Assembly (NCBI GenBank): GCA_031279285.1
Contig: JAITIR010000119.1
Coordinates: 1-34,957, forward strand
Origin: Spirochaetaceae bacterium
Lineage (GTDB): Bacteria > Spirochaetota > Spirochaetia > Treponematales > Breznakiellaceae
DNA length: 34,957 nucleotides
Direction: 5' to 3'
The translations under genes were made by a program, and so were the position numbers. Shown here one piece after another: positions 18,895-27,605 of this stretch (positions within the stretch are counted from its first letter, which is position 1; the number at the start of each line of letters is the position of its first letter). Below the pieces are notes generated by a model. It saw only the letters and a list, made by a program, of their open reading frames with translations, was not told where the DNA came from and did no database searches.

Positions 18895-19692
18895 TCAATT
18901 TTCAGCCAAAAACAGGGTGCCGCGCAAGGTTCCCGAAGCAAGGGAGGCAAGCGCTTTGTCATGGCTCCCGTTTGCGAGAATCAGCGGTATGCCGTAAGCG
19001 CAGACCTTTTCCGCCGCTTCAATCTTGGTGGCTATACCGCCCGTACCGAAACCGTTCACCCCGCCCATCGTGATCCGCTCCCTGAGCGCCGCTATGCTGT
19101 CAACCGTTTCTATCAACTTTGCGGCGGGATTGGTTTTGGGGTTATCAGTGTATATGCCGTCAATGTCGCTAAAAAGAATCAGGGCGTCCGCATTCCACAG
19201 GATGGTGGTCAGCGCGCTCAGGTTATCGTTGTCGCCGATGCGGATCTCGTCACAGGCGACCGAATCGTTCTCGTTGATTACGGGGATAACGCCCTCGTCC
19301 ACCAGCGTAAACAGCGTATTCCGCATATTTAACGAACGCCTTGAGTCGTCAAAGTCTTCCTTTGTGAACAGGAGCTGACCTATATGCAGCCCGTGTTCCC
19401 TGAACGCGCCGCTCCACTCGTTCATCAGTTCAACCTGACCGATCGCGCAGAGTGCTTGCCTGTAGTTCATGTCCGTCTTTCGCGTCCACCGGTCAATCTT
19501 CGAGATACCGGCAACCTGTGCGCCGGAAGAGACGAGCGCAAACTGCTTGCCCGCCCTGCTCATCGCGGCGCACTGAGCGGCAAAATCCCGCATAAAAGCT
19601 ATATTTATCGTGCCGTCAGGCTTTGCCAGGGTTGCGGAACCGATTTTTACAACAATTTTTCGTGCGGCCGCTATCGTACCGGCTATCGTCAT
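18895..19692 (-). CDS. proB: Glutamate 5-kinase (short form, no PUA domain)
   Basis: KIVVKIGSATL...NENDSVA amino-acid kinase motifs. 265 aa. ATGA overlap with the proA stop. Confidence 0.9.
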   Translation of the reverse strand: MTIAGTIAAARKIVVKIGSATLAKPDGTINIAFMRDFAAQCAAMSRAGKQFALVSSGAQVAGISKIDRWTRKTDMNYRQALCAIGQVELMNEWSGAFREHGLHIGQLLFTKEDFDDSRRSLNMRNTLFTLVDEGVIPVINENDSVACDEIRIGDNDNLSALTTILWNADALILFSDIDGIYTDNPKTNPAAKLIETVDSIAALRERITMGGVNGFGTGGIATKIEAAEKVCAYGIPLILANGSHDKALASLASGTLRGTLFLAEN

Positions 19693-20957
19693 CGTACCTG
19701 CCCTTCGCCGTTGATCAAATACTTTGTTGTGGTAAGCGCGCGAAGGCCCATCGGGCCGCGTACATGGAGTTTTTGGGTGCTTATTCCAAGTTCCGCCCCA
19801 AAGCCGAACTCGCCGCCGTCGGTAAAGCGCGTCGAGGCGTTGACGTAAACGCAGGCCGCGTCAACACCTTTTTGGAAAGCCTGCGCGTTTTCAAGATTCC
19901 GCGTAACAATCGCTTCGGAGTGTTTTGTGTTGTGCGCGTTTATGAACGAGACTGCCTCGTCAACGCCGGAAACGGTTTTGACGGCAAGAATAGTGTCCAG
20001 GAATTCGAAGCCGAAGTCCGCCTCCGCCGCGGGAACCGTGCGCGGAGCCGCCGTCTTTTCATGCGCAAGAATGCGGTACGCCTCTTCGTCAGCGCGAAAT
20101 TCGGCGCGTCCGGCAAAAACTTCCGCAAGGCGCGGCAAAAAATCGTCCAGCCGTTTCCGGTGTACCAACAGTGTTTCAAGCGCGTTACACACGCCCGGCC
20201 TTTGTAGCTTGCCGTTTTCCGCAATCCGCACGGCCTGCTCAATATCCGCGCTCTCGTCAACAAAAAGATGACAAACGCCGCTTCCCGTTTCGATCACCGG
20301 CACACGGGCGGTTTCCGCGACAAATTTGATCAGTTCCACACCTCCGCGCGGCAGAACCACGTCGATAAGGCCGCGCGCGCCGAGTATCACGTCAACCTCC
20401 GTCCGTTCCCCGCCGCCGGCGAGCGCGAATGCGGACGGTACGCCGTTATCCCCCGCCTGTTCAAGGCCGTCCCGTACCGCCGAGGCGAGAGCGCTGTTGG
20501 ATTCTAGCGCCGCCGCGCTTCCCCGTAGCAGGATCGAGTTTCCGCTCTTGTACGCAAGCGCGAATGCATCAACGGTAACTTCCGGGCGCGACTCGTAAAT
20601 AATCGCGACCACACCAAGCGGCGCGCGTATTTCTTTAATTTCAAGTCCGTTGGGTAAAACACGCCCGAATACGACTTCCCCGACAGGATCCGGCGCGTCG
20701 ATCACGACTCTTACGCTTCCGGCAATTGAGGCAAGGCGGGATTCGGAAAGCCGTAACCTGTCCAGCAGCGGAGCGCTCATTCCGGCCTCTCGAGCCCGTT
20801 CCATATCACGCCGGTTCGCCTCAAGAATCCTGCCGCTCTGCTTCTGTAGTTCTCCGGCGACGCAGGAAAGAGCGTAGTTTTTTTGGCCTGTACTTTGCCG
20901 CGCCAAAGTCAAAGCGCCCCGACGCAGCTCACCGCAGACACCGTGTATATCAAACAT
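19689..20957 (-). CDS. proA: Gamma-glutamyl phosphate reductase
   Basis: 422-aa ALDH-fold protein with ProA-specific motifs. Operon position upstream of proB. Confidence 0.9.
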   Translation of the reverse strand: MFDIHGVCGELRRGALTLARQSTGQKNYALSCVAGELQKQSGRILEANRRDMERAREAGMSAPLLDRLRLSESRLASIAGSVRVVIDAPDPVGEVVFGRVLPNGLEIKEIRAPLGVVAIIYESRPEVTVDAFALAYKSGNSILLRGSAAALESNSALASAVRDGLEQAGDNGVPSAFALAGGGERTEVDVILGARGLIDVVLPRGGVELIKFVAETARVPVIETGSGVCHLFVDESADIEQAVRIAENGKLQRPGVCNALETLLVHRKRLDDFLPRLAEVFAGRAEFRADEEAYRILAHEKTAAPRTVPAAEADFGFEFLDTILAVKTVSGVDEAVSFINAHNTKHSEAIVTRNLENAQAFQKGVDAACVYVNASTRFTDGGEFGFGAELGISTQKLHVRGPMGLRALTTTKYLINGEGQVR

Positions 20958-20961
20958 CAGT

Positions 20962-21894
20962 TTACAACAGAGATTTTGCCCGTTTTGCCAAGGTTTCCGC
21001 GTCCAGGCCGAAGCGTTTTACCAGATAGTCCTGCGTGCCCACCTCGCCGAACTCATCGTTCACGCCGATACGTGTAAACCTGCCTTTAAAGCCGTTTTCG
21101 GCAAGAATTTCCGCGACGGCGCTGCCCAAAGCCCCTGAAATCTGGTGGTTTTCCGCACTTAGCACGGCCTTCACCTTCGAGGCCTCGTTCAGAATAGCCT
21201 CGCTGTCGATAGGTTTCAGGCTGAGTACGTCCAGTACGCCCGCGTCAACGCCGTCTGCCGCAAGAAGTTCCCGCGCCTTGAGCGCTTCATTTACCATCAG
21301 GCTTCCCAGCGCGACAAAGCAGACATCCTTGCCGGACTTGAGAACCTTGGCGCGGCCTATGCTGAATTTCTCACCCTGCTGGTACAAAACAGGCACCGGC
21401 TTTCGTGGAAAGCGGAGGTACACGGAGCCGTAAATCTCCGCGGCCTCCCTTATCAGCGCGCCGGCGCTGATCGCGTCGGAGGGTTCCAGGATCGTTAGGT
21501 GGGGGATCGCACGCATCAGCGCAAGGTCTTCAAACGGCATGTGGGTGCCGCCGTTAAACGCGGCTGTAACGCCGGGGTCGGTGCCGACCAGTTTTACGTT
21601 AAGCTTCGCGTAGTTGGCGGATATAAAGAACTGATCGTACACCCGCCGTGAGGCAAAACAGCCAAAAGTCGCGGCAAACGGTATCTTGCCCGCCGCGGAA
21701 AGTCCGGCCGCGACACAGACCATGTTGGCCTCCGCTATACCTACGTTAAAAAAGCGTTCTGGGTACGCCTTTTTGAAAAGGCCTGTGTTCGTACAGGACA
21801 TGAGGTCCGCTTCCAGCACGACAATATTCGGGTTCTTTGCCCCCAACTCAAGCAGGGTATTCACATAAGTTTCGCGTATCTCTTTTGTTTCCAT
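20962..21894 (-). CDS. Transketolase, C-terminal (pyrimidine-binding) subunit
   Basis: 310-aa split-transketolase second subunit, immediately downstream of the N-terminal subunit gene. Confidence 0.9.
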   Translation of the reverse strand: METKEIRETYVNTLLELGAKNPNIVVLEADLMSCTNTGLFKKAYPERFFNVGIAEANMVCVAAGLSAAGKIPFAATFGCFASRRVYDQFFISANYAKLNVKLVGTDPGVTAAFNGGTHMPFEDLALMRAIPHLTILEPSDAISAGALIREAAEIYGSVYLRFPRKPVPVLYQQGEKFSIGRAKVLKSGKDVCFVALGSLMVNEALKARELLAADGVDAGVLDVLSLKPIDSEAILNEASKVKAVLSAENHQISGALGSAVAEILAENGFKGRFTRIGVNDEFGEVGTQDYLVKRFGLDAETLAKRAKSLL

Positions 21895-21897
21895 CGT

Positions 21898-22725
21898 TTA
21901 CTCCTCCGCCTCAAGCGCGACAATTGCTTCTTTAGCCTTTTCAAGGTTAAAAGCCATGCTGTGGTTCTTTTCAATTCCCTCGGCAAAACAGCAGCCCTTT
22001 CCCTTGATCGTGTCCATCACAATCATTGAGGGTCGTTCTGCCTGCGTCTGCGCCTTTTCGATCGCGTTATCAAGCGCGGCAATATCGTGGCCGTCCACCC
22101 GCTGCGTAAACCAGCCGAATTCCCGCCACTTTGCGTCCAACTCACCCAGGTCAATGATGTCTTTGGTATAACCGTCAAGCTGCTGTTTGTTGTAGTCCGT
22201 AAACGCGATAAGGTTGGAAAGCTTTTGCGACGCCGCAAACATTGCGCCTTCCCAAACCTGCCCCTCATTCGACTCGCCGTCGCCAATAATCGTGTACACA
22301 TGCGCGTTAATTTTGTCGATGCGGAGCGCTAGAGCGATGCCCATCGCGGCGGAAAACCCCTGTCCCAGAGAGCCGGCCGTCATATCAACGCCGGGGGTAA
22401 GGTTCCGGTCGCAGTGGCTAGGCAGCCTTGTGCCGCCCTGATTCAGCGTCGCAAGCCATTCCACCGGGAAAAACCCCCTGAGCGCCAGCGTCGCGTACAG
22501 GGCAGGCCCCGCGTGTCCCTTTGAAACCACAAGCTGATCCCTGTCTTTCATCCTGGGCTGGGCCGGATCTATATTCATCCGGTGAAAGTACAGCAGCGCC
22601 AATATGTCCACTATTGACATGGAGCCGCCAATATGCCCCGTTCCCAGCGTACCTATCTCTTCTATCGTAAGTTTCCGTATCTCTTTGGCCCTGGATTTAA
22701 GGTAATCCAGTCGTTCTTTATCCAT
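21898..22725 (-). CDS. Transketolase, N-terminal (TPP-binding) subunit
   Basis: GHIGGSMSIVDIL...GDGESNEGQVWEA TPP-binding motifs. 275 aa. Confidence 0.9.
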   Translation of the reverse strand: MDKERLDYLKSRAKEIRKLTIEEIGTLGTGHIGGSMSIVDILALLYFHRMNIDPAQPRMKDRDQLVVSKGHAGPALYATLALRGFFPVEWLATLNQGGTRLPSHCDRNLTPGVDMTAGSLGQGFSAAMGIALALRIDKINAHVYTIIGDGESNEGQVWEGAMFAASQKLSNLIAFTDYNKQQLDGYTKDIIDLGELDAKWREFGWFTQRVDGHDIAALDNAIEKAQTQAERPSMIVMDTIKGKGCCFAEGIEKNHSMAFNLEKAKEAIVALEAEE

Positions 22726-22820
22726 AAAAAGGCCCCCTGCTTCAATAAAATTATTATAGCTTCTTAAAATACTATTAAATGCATAAACAATAGTCCATAA
22801 CTCAATCTATCGTCACTATT

Positions 22821-23793
22821 TTGCGCTGCCCCGCGGTATGCTCTCCGTTTCCCCAACTATACCACAGCCGGAAAATTCCAGTAAGCGGTTCAAACCTGCA
22901 ACCTGAGCTGACCGTAACGGCTCTCGATACCGTTACAGCGATAGGGTACTATCTTTCCTCTAATAGGGCTAATTTCAGTATGGTTTATAATGTTGTCATA
23001 AAAACCATTGTTGATTCAATAATAATGTTTATGCTGTTTGTCATGCTGTTACCCGTTGAAATTAAATTCAAGAACAAATCTTTTTATGTTAATGCCGGGA
23101 AGAAATATCAACAGACAGCGGCAGCGGTTTTTTTTGTATCAGGAATATGCTTTTTTACAGTGACTATGGGGTTTCCTTCCTACTTGTATTCCCTGCGGAA
23201 AGAGCCGTCGACATTTTATGAAGAGAACTACATCGATCCTAATGATGTTGAAATAGCATTTCCCGAAAAAAGAGAAACCTGATAGTGATACTCATCGAAT
23301 CGCTGGAAACCGGCTTTTTAACGCTGGAAGACGGCGGTGCGTTCTCCGAAGACTTGATACAATAGCCGTAAGAATGTTTGCTTCTCAGTATAAAAATGTT
23401 TTGTTTGACATGGACAGGCAGTTGAGCAATTTTTTGGAATGGCTTGAAGGGCAGGAATTCTACGAAAATACAACCGTGGTTATTCTGGGAGATCACTTGT
23501 ATATGGACTCACATAAATATATTTATCAACTCCATGTTAACGGGAAAAAATACCAAAACAGGATTTTTTCGCATTTTGATATTTTCCCCGCGCTGATAGA
23601 TTCAATCGGAGGCGTTTACGATGCAAAAGGGCTGGCACTCGGACGTTCAATGAATAAAGGTGAGCATACCCTGCTCGAAGAATTTGGCGTTGACCATGTA
23701 AACAACGCCCTACAGCGCTGTTTGTGGCGGGGAAGTTCATCAATTACAATGAACTCCCTTCGCAGCCGTTGTAGGACAAAGATTTATGATTGA
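22821..23793 (+). pseudogene. LtaS/sulfatase (alkaline-phosphatase superfamily) gene remnant, low GC, frameshifted and internally deleted
   Basis: ORF 22821..23282 encodes TM helices plus an FYEENYIDPNDVEIAFPEKR linker, LtaS-like. Between 23283 and 23373 a different frame reads IVILIESLETGF (catalytic-region-like) and then stops. ORF 23374..23793 encodes the C-terminal sulfatase part (TTVVILGDHLYMDS...IFPALIDSIGG). Total about 970 bp versus about 1.9 kb for an intact LtaS. AT-rich relative to its flanks. Confidence 0.55.
23713..23745 (+). repeat. Copy D (partial) of the repeat family, between the LtaS remnant and tRNA-Lys
   Basis: acagcgctgtttgtggcggggaagttcat matches the core ctgttttgtggcggggcggttcat. 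Followed by the local inverted repeat agttcat/atgaact. Confidence 0.6.
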
Positions 23794-23863
23794 GCCGCCC
23801 GGAGATCGAATCCAGGACCCACGCCTTAAAAGGGCGTTGCTCTACCGACTGAGCTAGCGGCCC
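23791..23863 (-). tRNA. tRNA-Lys (anticodon UUU)
   Basis: The 73-nt cloverleaf folds by hand: acceptor stem GGGCCGC/GCGGCUC (one G-U pair), D-arm GCUC-AGUCGGUA-GAGC, anticodon stem ACGCC/GGCGU with loop CUUUUAA, T-arm CUGGA-UUCGAUC-UCCGG, discriminator A. No encoded CCA. Confidence 0.9.
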
Positions 23864-23937
23864 GAACAATTCATGCTAACATATTTCAGAAAAAGAGGTC
23901 AAGCGCCTGATCCGGAATGGGAGCTTCATTCTGTCTT

Positions 23938-24030
23938 GGGGTTTAACCCCGCCTATCCTTCCTTATCGGGTTAGGCAAACGGCAAAACGTCAGGCAAAAC
24001 AGCTTAACGCTGTTTTGTGGCGGGGCGGTT
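23938..24030 (+). repeat. Copy B of the repeat family (full ~80-bp unit plus the right flank cggttcatt shared with copy C)
   Basis: aaccccgcctatccttccttatcgggttaggcaaacggcaaaacgtcaggcaaaacagcttaacgctgttttgtggcggggcggttcatt. It has the 7-bp terminal IRs ccccgcc/ggcgggg and the internal 9-bp stem hairpin. Confidence 0.8.
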
Positions 24031-24189
24031 CATTCGCCAAGCCGCCGTCAAACCCGGCGAAGCGGGAACGGCGGCGTATGAAACTATTGTGTATTGAGCC
24101 TGTTCCAAAACTAATCAAGTGTGCGCTAAACGGCCCCGTCATAGACGGGTGCACGGTGCGAACCTTCGATTCGATGGAACAGGCTCAAT

Positions 24190-24753
24190 TTACATTGAAG
24201 CGGCGTTTTTGTATCCGGAAAACTCCCCGGTGGACGGCACGAAACGGCTCAAAGAGACGATATCCGCGCTACTATGGGCACGGCTTAGCTCCTCGCCGTC
24301 CTTGTCAAGGAGTATGGCGGTCGGGGTTGACATGACATTTCTGCGCATCGCCTCCGCAAGACCATCCTCATTCGCCGTGTCGATCGTGTCAAAAGGTATA
24401 CCAAGCCTCCCGGCAGCGGCTTTTGCGCTTGGACAAGCCGGACATCCGGGGCGCACGAACAGCAGAACATGCGGTTCTGACGAGTTAAACGGTTCGACTT
24501 TTTCTAGGACAGCGGCGGACACGGCGGCCGCGTTTGCGACGTGGGGCGTAACGCCTTCAGTATGCGCCGTAGAAGTTTCTATGTCGTAGAGGCGGCGTTC
24601 ACCGTACTCTTCGCGTTTGCCCTTGTTCCAATTACGGACTGACCGGTAGTAGCCCACGATCCTGCTATAAACCTCGGCAGGCGCGCCTTTCACGCTGGAA
24701 AGCGCCCCCCTAACCTGCTCCAAATCCTTCTCAATTTCCTCAAGTTTTCTCAT
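24190..24753 (-). CDS. NrdD glycyl-radical C-terminal domain fused to a glutaredoxin/NrdH-like CPAC redoxin domain, encoded separately from nrdD
   Basis: SRIVGYYRSVRNWNKGKREEYGERR matches the class III RNR glycyl-radical motif (R[VI]xGY...WNxGKxEE...R). The C-terminus LLFVRPGCPACP...STPTAILLDKDGEE is thioredoxin-fold. AGGAG lies 7 nt upstream of ATG 24753. Confidence 0.7.
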   Translation of the reverse strand: MRKLEEIEKDLEQVRGALSSVKGAPAEVYSRIVGYYRSVRNWNKGKREEYGERRLYDIETSTAHTEGVTPHVANAAAVSAAVLEKVEPFNSSEPHVLLFVRPGCPACPSAKAAAGRLGIPFDTIDTANEDGLAEAMRRNVMSTPTAILLDKDGEELSRAHSSADIVSLSRFVPSTGEFSGYKNAASM

Positions 24754-24843
24754 AAAGTTCTCCTAAATTAAATATGCGGCAATCTGCCGTATTATATAAA
24801 TATGCGGCTGCCTACCTCCACTGAACACGGCCCCCACCCCCTT

Positions 24844-26982
24844 TCAGCCGACCTTCAGTACCATTTCACGCTCCGCTTCCAACTCCGCGATACGGCTGCG
24901 CAGTTCATCTTCGCGCTCTTTTTTACATTTGGGGCAGGTAAAATGTTCACCCTTTAGATAGCCATGCACGGCACAAACCGAAAATGTCGGCGAGATTGTA
25001 AAGTATGGAATTCTGTAGTTGTGAGCCACCGCTTTTACCAAATCCCGGCAGGCGCGCCAGTCATCTATAGCCTCGCCCAAGAAAGCATGAAAGACCGTAC
25101 CTCCCGTGTAGGCGTTCTGTAGCTTCTCCTGTAGATCGAGGGCGTCGAAAATGTCATCGGTTTGCATCACGGGCAACTGCGTAGAGTTTGTGTAGTAAGG
25201 CTCATTTTCGCCGGCCGTGATGATATCCGGGTAGTGCGACTTGTCGTGTCTGGCAAGCCGGTACGAGGTAGACTCGGCGGGCGTTGCCTCAAGGTTGAAA
25301 AGATCGCCTGTTTCCTCCTGAAAGTCGGCAAGTTTGTTACGCATGAATTCAAGAACCTTAAGCGCGAAGGCGCGCCCATTATCCGTAGCGATGGTAACAT
25401 CCCGTCCCAGAAAATTCAGCAGGCACTCGTTCATACCGACAAGCCCTATCGTGTTAAAATGGTTGTTCAGTGTGCCAAGATAGCGCTTTGTGTACGGAAA
25501 AAGCCCCGATTCCAGCAGTTTATTGACCACCTTTCGCTTTATAACAAGCGATTCTTTGGCAAGTTCCATCAAAACGAGCAGTCTGTCGAAAAATTCACCC
25601 TCGGTTTTTGAAAGATAGCCGATGCGGGGCAGGTTGATCGTAACCACGCCTATTGAACCGGTAAGCTCATCTGAACCAAACAGGCCGCCGCCGCGCTTAC
25701 GCAGCTCGCGTTTGTCAAGCTGAAGGCGGCAGCACATAGAACGGACATCACCTGGATTCAGGTCCGAATTGACAAAATTCTGGAAGTAAGGCGTGCCGTA
25801 ACGCGAAGTCATCTCGAACAACAGGTGCGTATTCTCACTGTCCCAGTCAAAGTCCGCCGTGATATTGTACGTGGGGATCGGGTACTGAAACCCGCGCCCA
25901 TCCGCGTCGCCATCCAACATCAACTCAATGAAAAGCCTGTTGACCCTGTCCATTTCCGGCTTGCAATCGCCGTAGGTAAAATCCATCTCTTTACCACCCA
26001 CGACAGCCTTGCTATCGCGAAGATCGCCCGGCACAGTCCAGTCCAGCGTGATGTTGGTAAACGGCGCCTGGCTGCCCCAGCGGCTTGGCGTGTTTACGCC
26101 GAAAACAAAACTCTGAAGGCACTGCTTGACTTCTTTGTCGCTCATACCGTCAGCCTTGACGAACGGGGCTATGAAGGTGTCGAAGGAACTGAACGCCTGG
26201 GCGCCGGCCCATTCATTCTGTAGGCAGCCCAGAAAATTCACTGCCTGTTGCATCAACGTAGAAAGGTGCTTTGCCGGTTTGCTCGTTATCTTGTCCGGCA
26301 CGCCGCCCAAACCCTCTTTTATAAGCTGCCTCAAGGACCATCCGGCGCAGTAACCGGAAAACATCGACAGATCGTGCAGGTGAAAGTCCGCATTCCGGTG
26401 AGCGTCCGCGATTTCAGACGTATAGATGTTTTTAAGCCAGTAGTTCGCTGTAATACTGCCGGAATTGTGCAGTATAAGGCCGCCAAGCGAGTAGTTGACG
26501 TTAGCGTTCTCGTTGACTCGCCAGTCAGACTGCTTCAAGTAGCCGTCCATCGTCTCATCAATGTTGAGCATCAGTTTTTTTACGTCCCGCATCGCGTCAT
26601 GTTTGGCGCGGTAGAGGATGTAGGCCTTGGCAACGGCCGTTTCTCTGAACTCGATCAGCGCGTTTTCAACCAAATCCTGTATCTCTTCGATCGCGGGTAT
26701 AGATTTTTCATGCCTGGAAGACATCATATCCTCGATCAGCTCTTCGACACGGCTCGTGACAGCCTCGATTTTTTTATCGTCTGCCCCGCAGCCGCCCCTC
26801 ATGGAGGCCGTACCCTCACGGCCACCATGGACAGAGCCCGCACCTACAGTCCCAAGCTGTTCCGCATAAGCACTTCGGTTGCCTCCGGCAACAGCTATGA
26901 ACGCTTTGGAAATAGCGTTTTTAATTTTCGACCGGTCGTAAGGTTTTACCTCACCAGACCTCTTAACCACGTTTTTTATCAC
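24844..26982 (-). CDS. nrdD: Anaerobic ribonucleoside-triphosphate reductase catalytic subunit (class III); ends after the Zn ribbon, with no glycyl-radical motif
   Basis: ATP-cone (VIKNVVKRSGEVKPYDRSKIKNAISKAF), NrdD core (NLEATPAESTSYRLA...YYTNSTQ), and a C-terminal Zn ribbon CxxH...CPKC. Probable GTG start at 26982 (GGAGAG-4 nt-GTG), overlapping the nrdR end. The ORF-track ATG at 27033 would overlap nrdR by 71 nt. Confidence 0.9.
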   Translation of the reverse strand: MIKNVVKRSGEVKPYDRSKIKNAISKAFIAVAGGNRSAYAEQLGTVGAGSVHGGREGTASMRGGCGADDKKIEAVTSRVEELIEDMMSSRHEKSIPAIEEIQDLVENALIEFRETAVAKAYILYRAKHDAMRDVKKLMLNIDETMDGYLKQSDWRVNENANVNYSLGGLILHNSGSITANYWLKNIYTSEIADAHRNADFHLHDLSMFSGYCAGWSLRQLIKEGLGGVPDKITSKPAKHLSTLMQQAVNFLGCLQNEWAGAQAFSSFDTFIAPFVKADGMSDKEVKQCLQSFVFGVNTPSRWGSQAPFTNITLDWTVPGDLRDSKAVVGGKEMDFTYGDCKPEMDRVNRLFIELMLDGDADGRGFQYPIPTYNITADFDWDSENTHLLFEMTSRYGTPYFQNFVNSDLNPGDVRSMCCRLQLDKRELRKRGGGLFGSDELTGSIGVVTINLPRIGYLSKTEGEFFDRLLVLMELAKESLVIKRKVVNKLLESGLFPYTKRYLGTLNNHFNTIGLVGMNECLLNFLGRDVTIATDNGRAFALKVLEFMRNKLADFQEETGDLFNLEATPAESTSYRLARHDKSHYPDIITAGENEPYYTNSTQLPVMQTDDIFDALDLQEKLQNAYTGGTVFHAFLGEAIDDWRACRDLVKAVAHNYRIPYFTISPTFSVCAVHGYLKGEHFTCPKCKKEREDELRSRIAELEAEREMVLKVG

Positions 26983-27439
26983 TTTTCTCTCCCAATTTTT
27001 TGATCTCCTGGATAAATTCGTCAAGATCTTCAAAATGGCGGCATACGGACGCGAATCTTATGTAAGCCACCTTATCGAGCTGCCCCAATTTTTCCAGCAC
27101 CATCTCGCCTATGATATTTGTAGCCACCTCACGGTCCAAACCGGCGGAAATGACGGCCTGATCCTCAATTTCGTTTACAAGCCGTTCAACGTCCATCCGC
27201 GACACAGGCCGCTTCTGGATAGCCCGTTCCAAACCCACCTCGATCTTATTACGGTCGAATGGCTCGCGCCTGCCGTCCCGTTTTATCACCATAAACGGTT
27301 TTTCTTCTATCCGTTCATAGCTCGTAAACCGGTAGCCGCAGACCGTGCACTCCCTGCGGCGCCTGACGGCATCACCGTTGGCAAGGGTTCTGGATTCAAG
27401 GACTTTATCATCGACGTTACCGCAATGAGGACAACGCAA
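26963..27439 (-). CDS. nrdR: Transcriptional repressor NrdR
   Basis: MRCPHCG...CTVCGYRFTSYE zinc ribbon plus an ATP-cone. 158 aa. Directly upstream of nrdD. Confidence 0.9.
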   Translation of the reverse strand: MRCPHCGNVDDKVLESRTLANGDAVRRRRECTVCGYRFTSYERIEEKPFMVIKRDGRREPFDRNKIEVGLERAIQKRPVSRMDVERLVNEIEDQAVISAGLDREVATNIIGEMVLEKLGQLDKVAYIRFASVCRHFEDLDEFIQEIKKLGEKSDKKRG

Positions 27440-27463
27440 AGTTAGCTCCCAAATTCATCATGT

Positions 27464-27479
27464 AATTTATATATAGTGT
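27464..27479. promoter_or_regulatory. Candidate NrdR box upstream of nrdR-nrdD
   Basis: aatttatatatagtgt matches the NrdR-box consensus acaCwAtATaTwGtgt at 12 of 16 positions, with a perfect right half. It sits 25-40 bp upstream of the nrdR start. Confidence 0.4.
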
Positions 27480-27519
27480 TTTGTTTTGGTAGAGTCAAGT
27501 ATGGTACGCTAGGTATTGT

Positions 27520-27537
27520 GGCGCTTGAACAAGCGCC
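27520..27537. repeat. Perfect hairpin ggcgcttg-aa-caagcgcc, flanked by an 11-bp direct repeat tgtggcgcttg (27517-27527 and 27538-27548)
   Basis: Direct reading of the sequence. Confidence 0.7.
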
Positions 27538-27547
27538 TGTGGCGCTT

Positions 27548-27605
27548 GTTTCCGGCAAGCAAAACAGCTTAACGCTGTTTTGTGGCGGGGCGGTTCATTT
27601 CTGTG
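27548..27605 (+). repeat. Copy C of the repeat family (right half only) in the nrdR / radical-SAM gene intergenic region
   Basis: gcaagcaaaacagcttaacgctgttttgtggcggggcggttcattt is identical to the copy B core. The 13-bp segment cggttcatttctg (27591-27603) has an inverted partner at 27757-27769. Confidence 0.75.

Noticed and set aside
24015-24335. 106-aa plus-strand ORF starting inside repeat copy B (MWRGGSFAK...)
   Set aside because: It begins inside a repeated DNA element, uses a TTG start in the ORF track, and runs antisense into the NrdD glycyl-radical/redoxin gene. The peptide similarity between repeat copies is a by-product of the DNA repeat.
24850-24930. 'HGYL' near the NrdD C-terminus as the glycyl-radical site
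   Set aside because: Alignment with the E. coli NrdD Zn-ribbon region (CYECGFTGEF...FTCPKCG) places this segment in the Zn ribbon. The genuine R[VI]xGY...WNxGKxEE motif is in the downstream ORF.
26248-27003. 251-aa antisense ORF inside nrdD
   Set aside because: Embedded in a well-conserved class III RNR gene, with no motifs. A shadow ORF.
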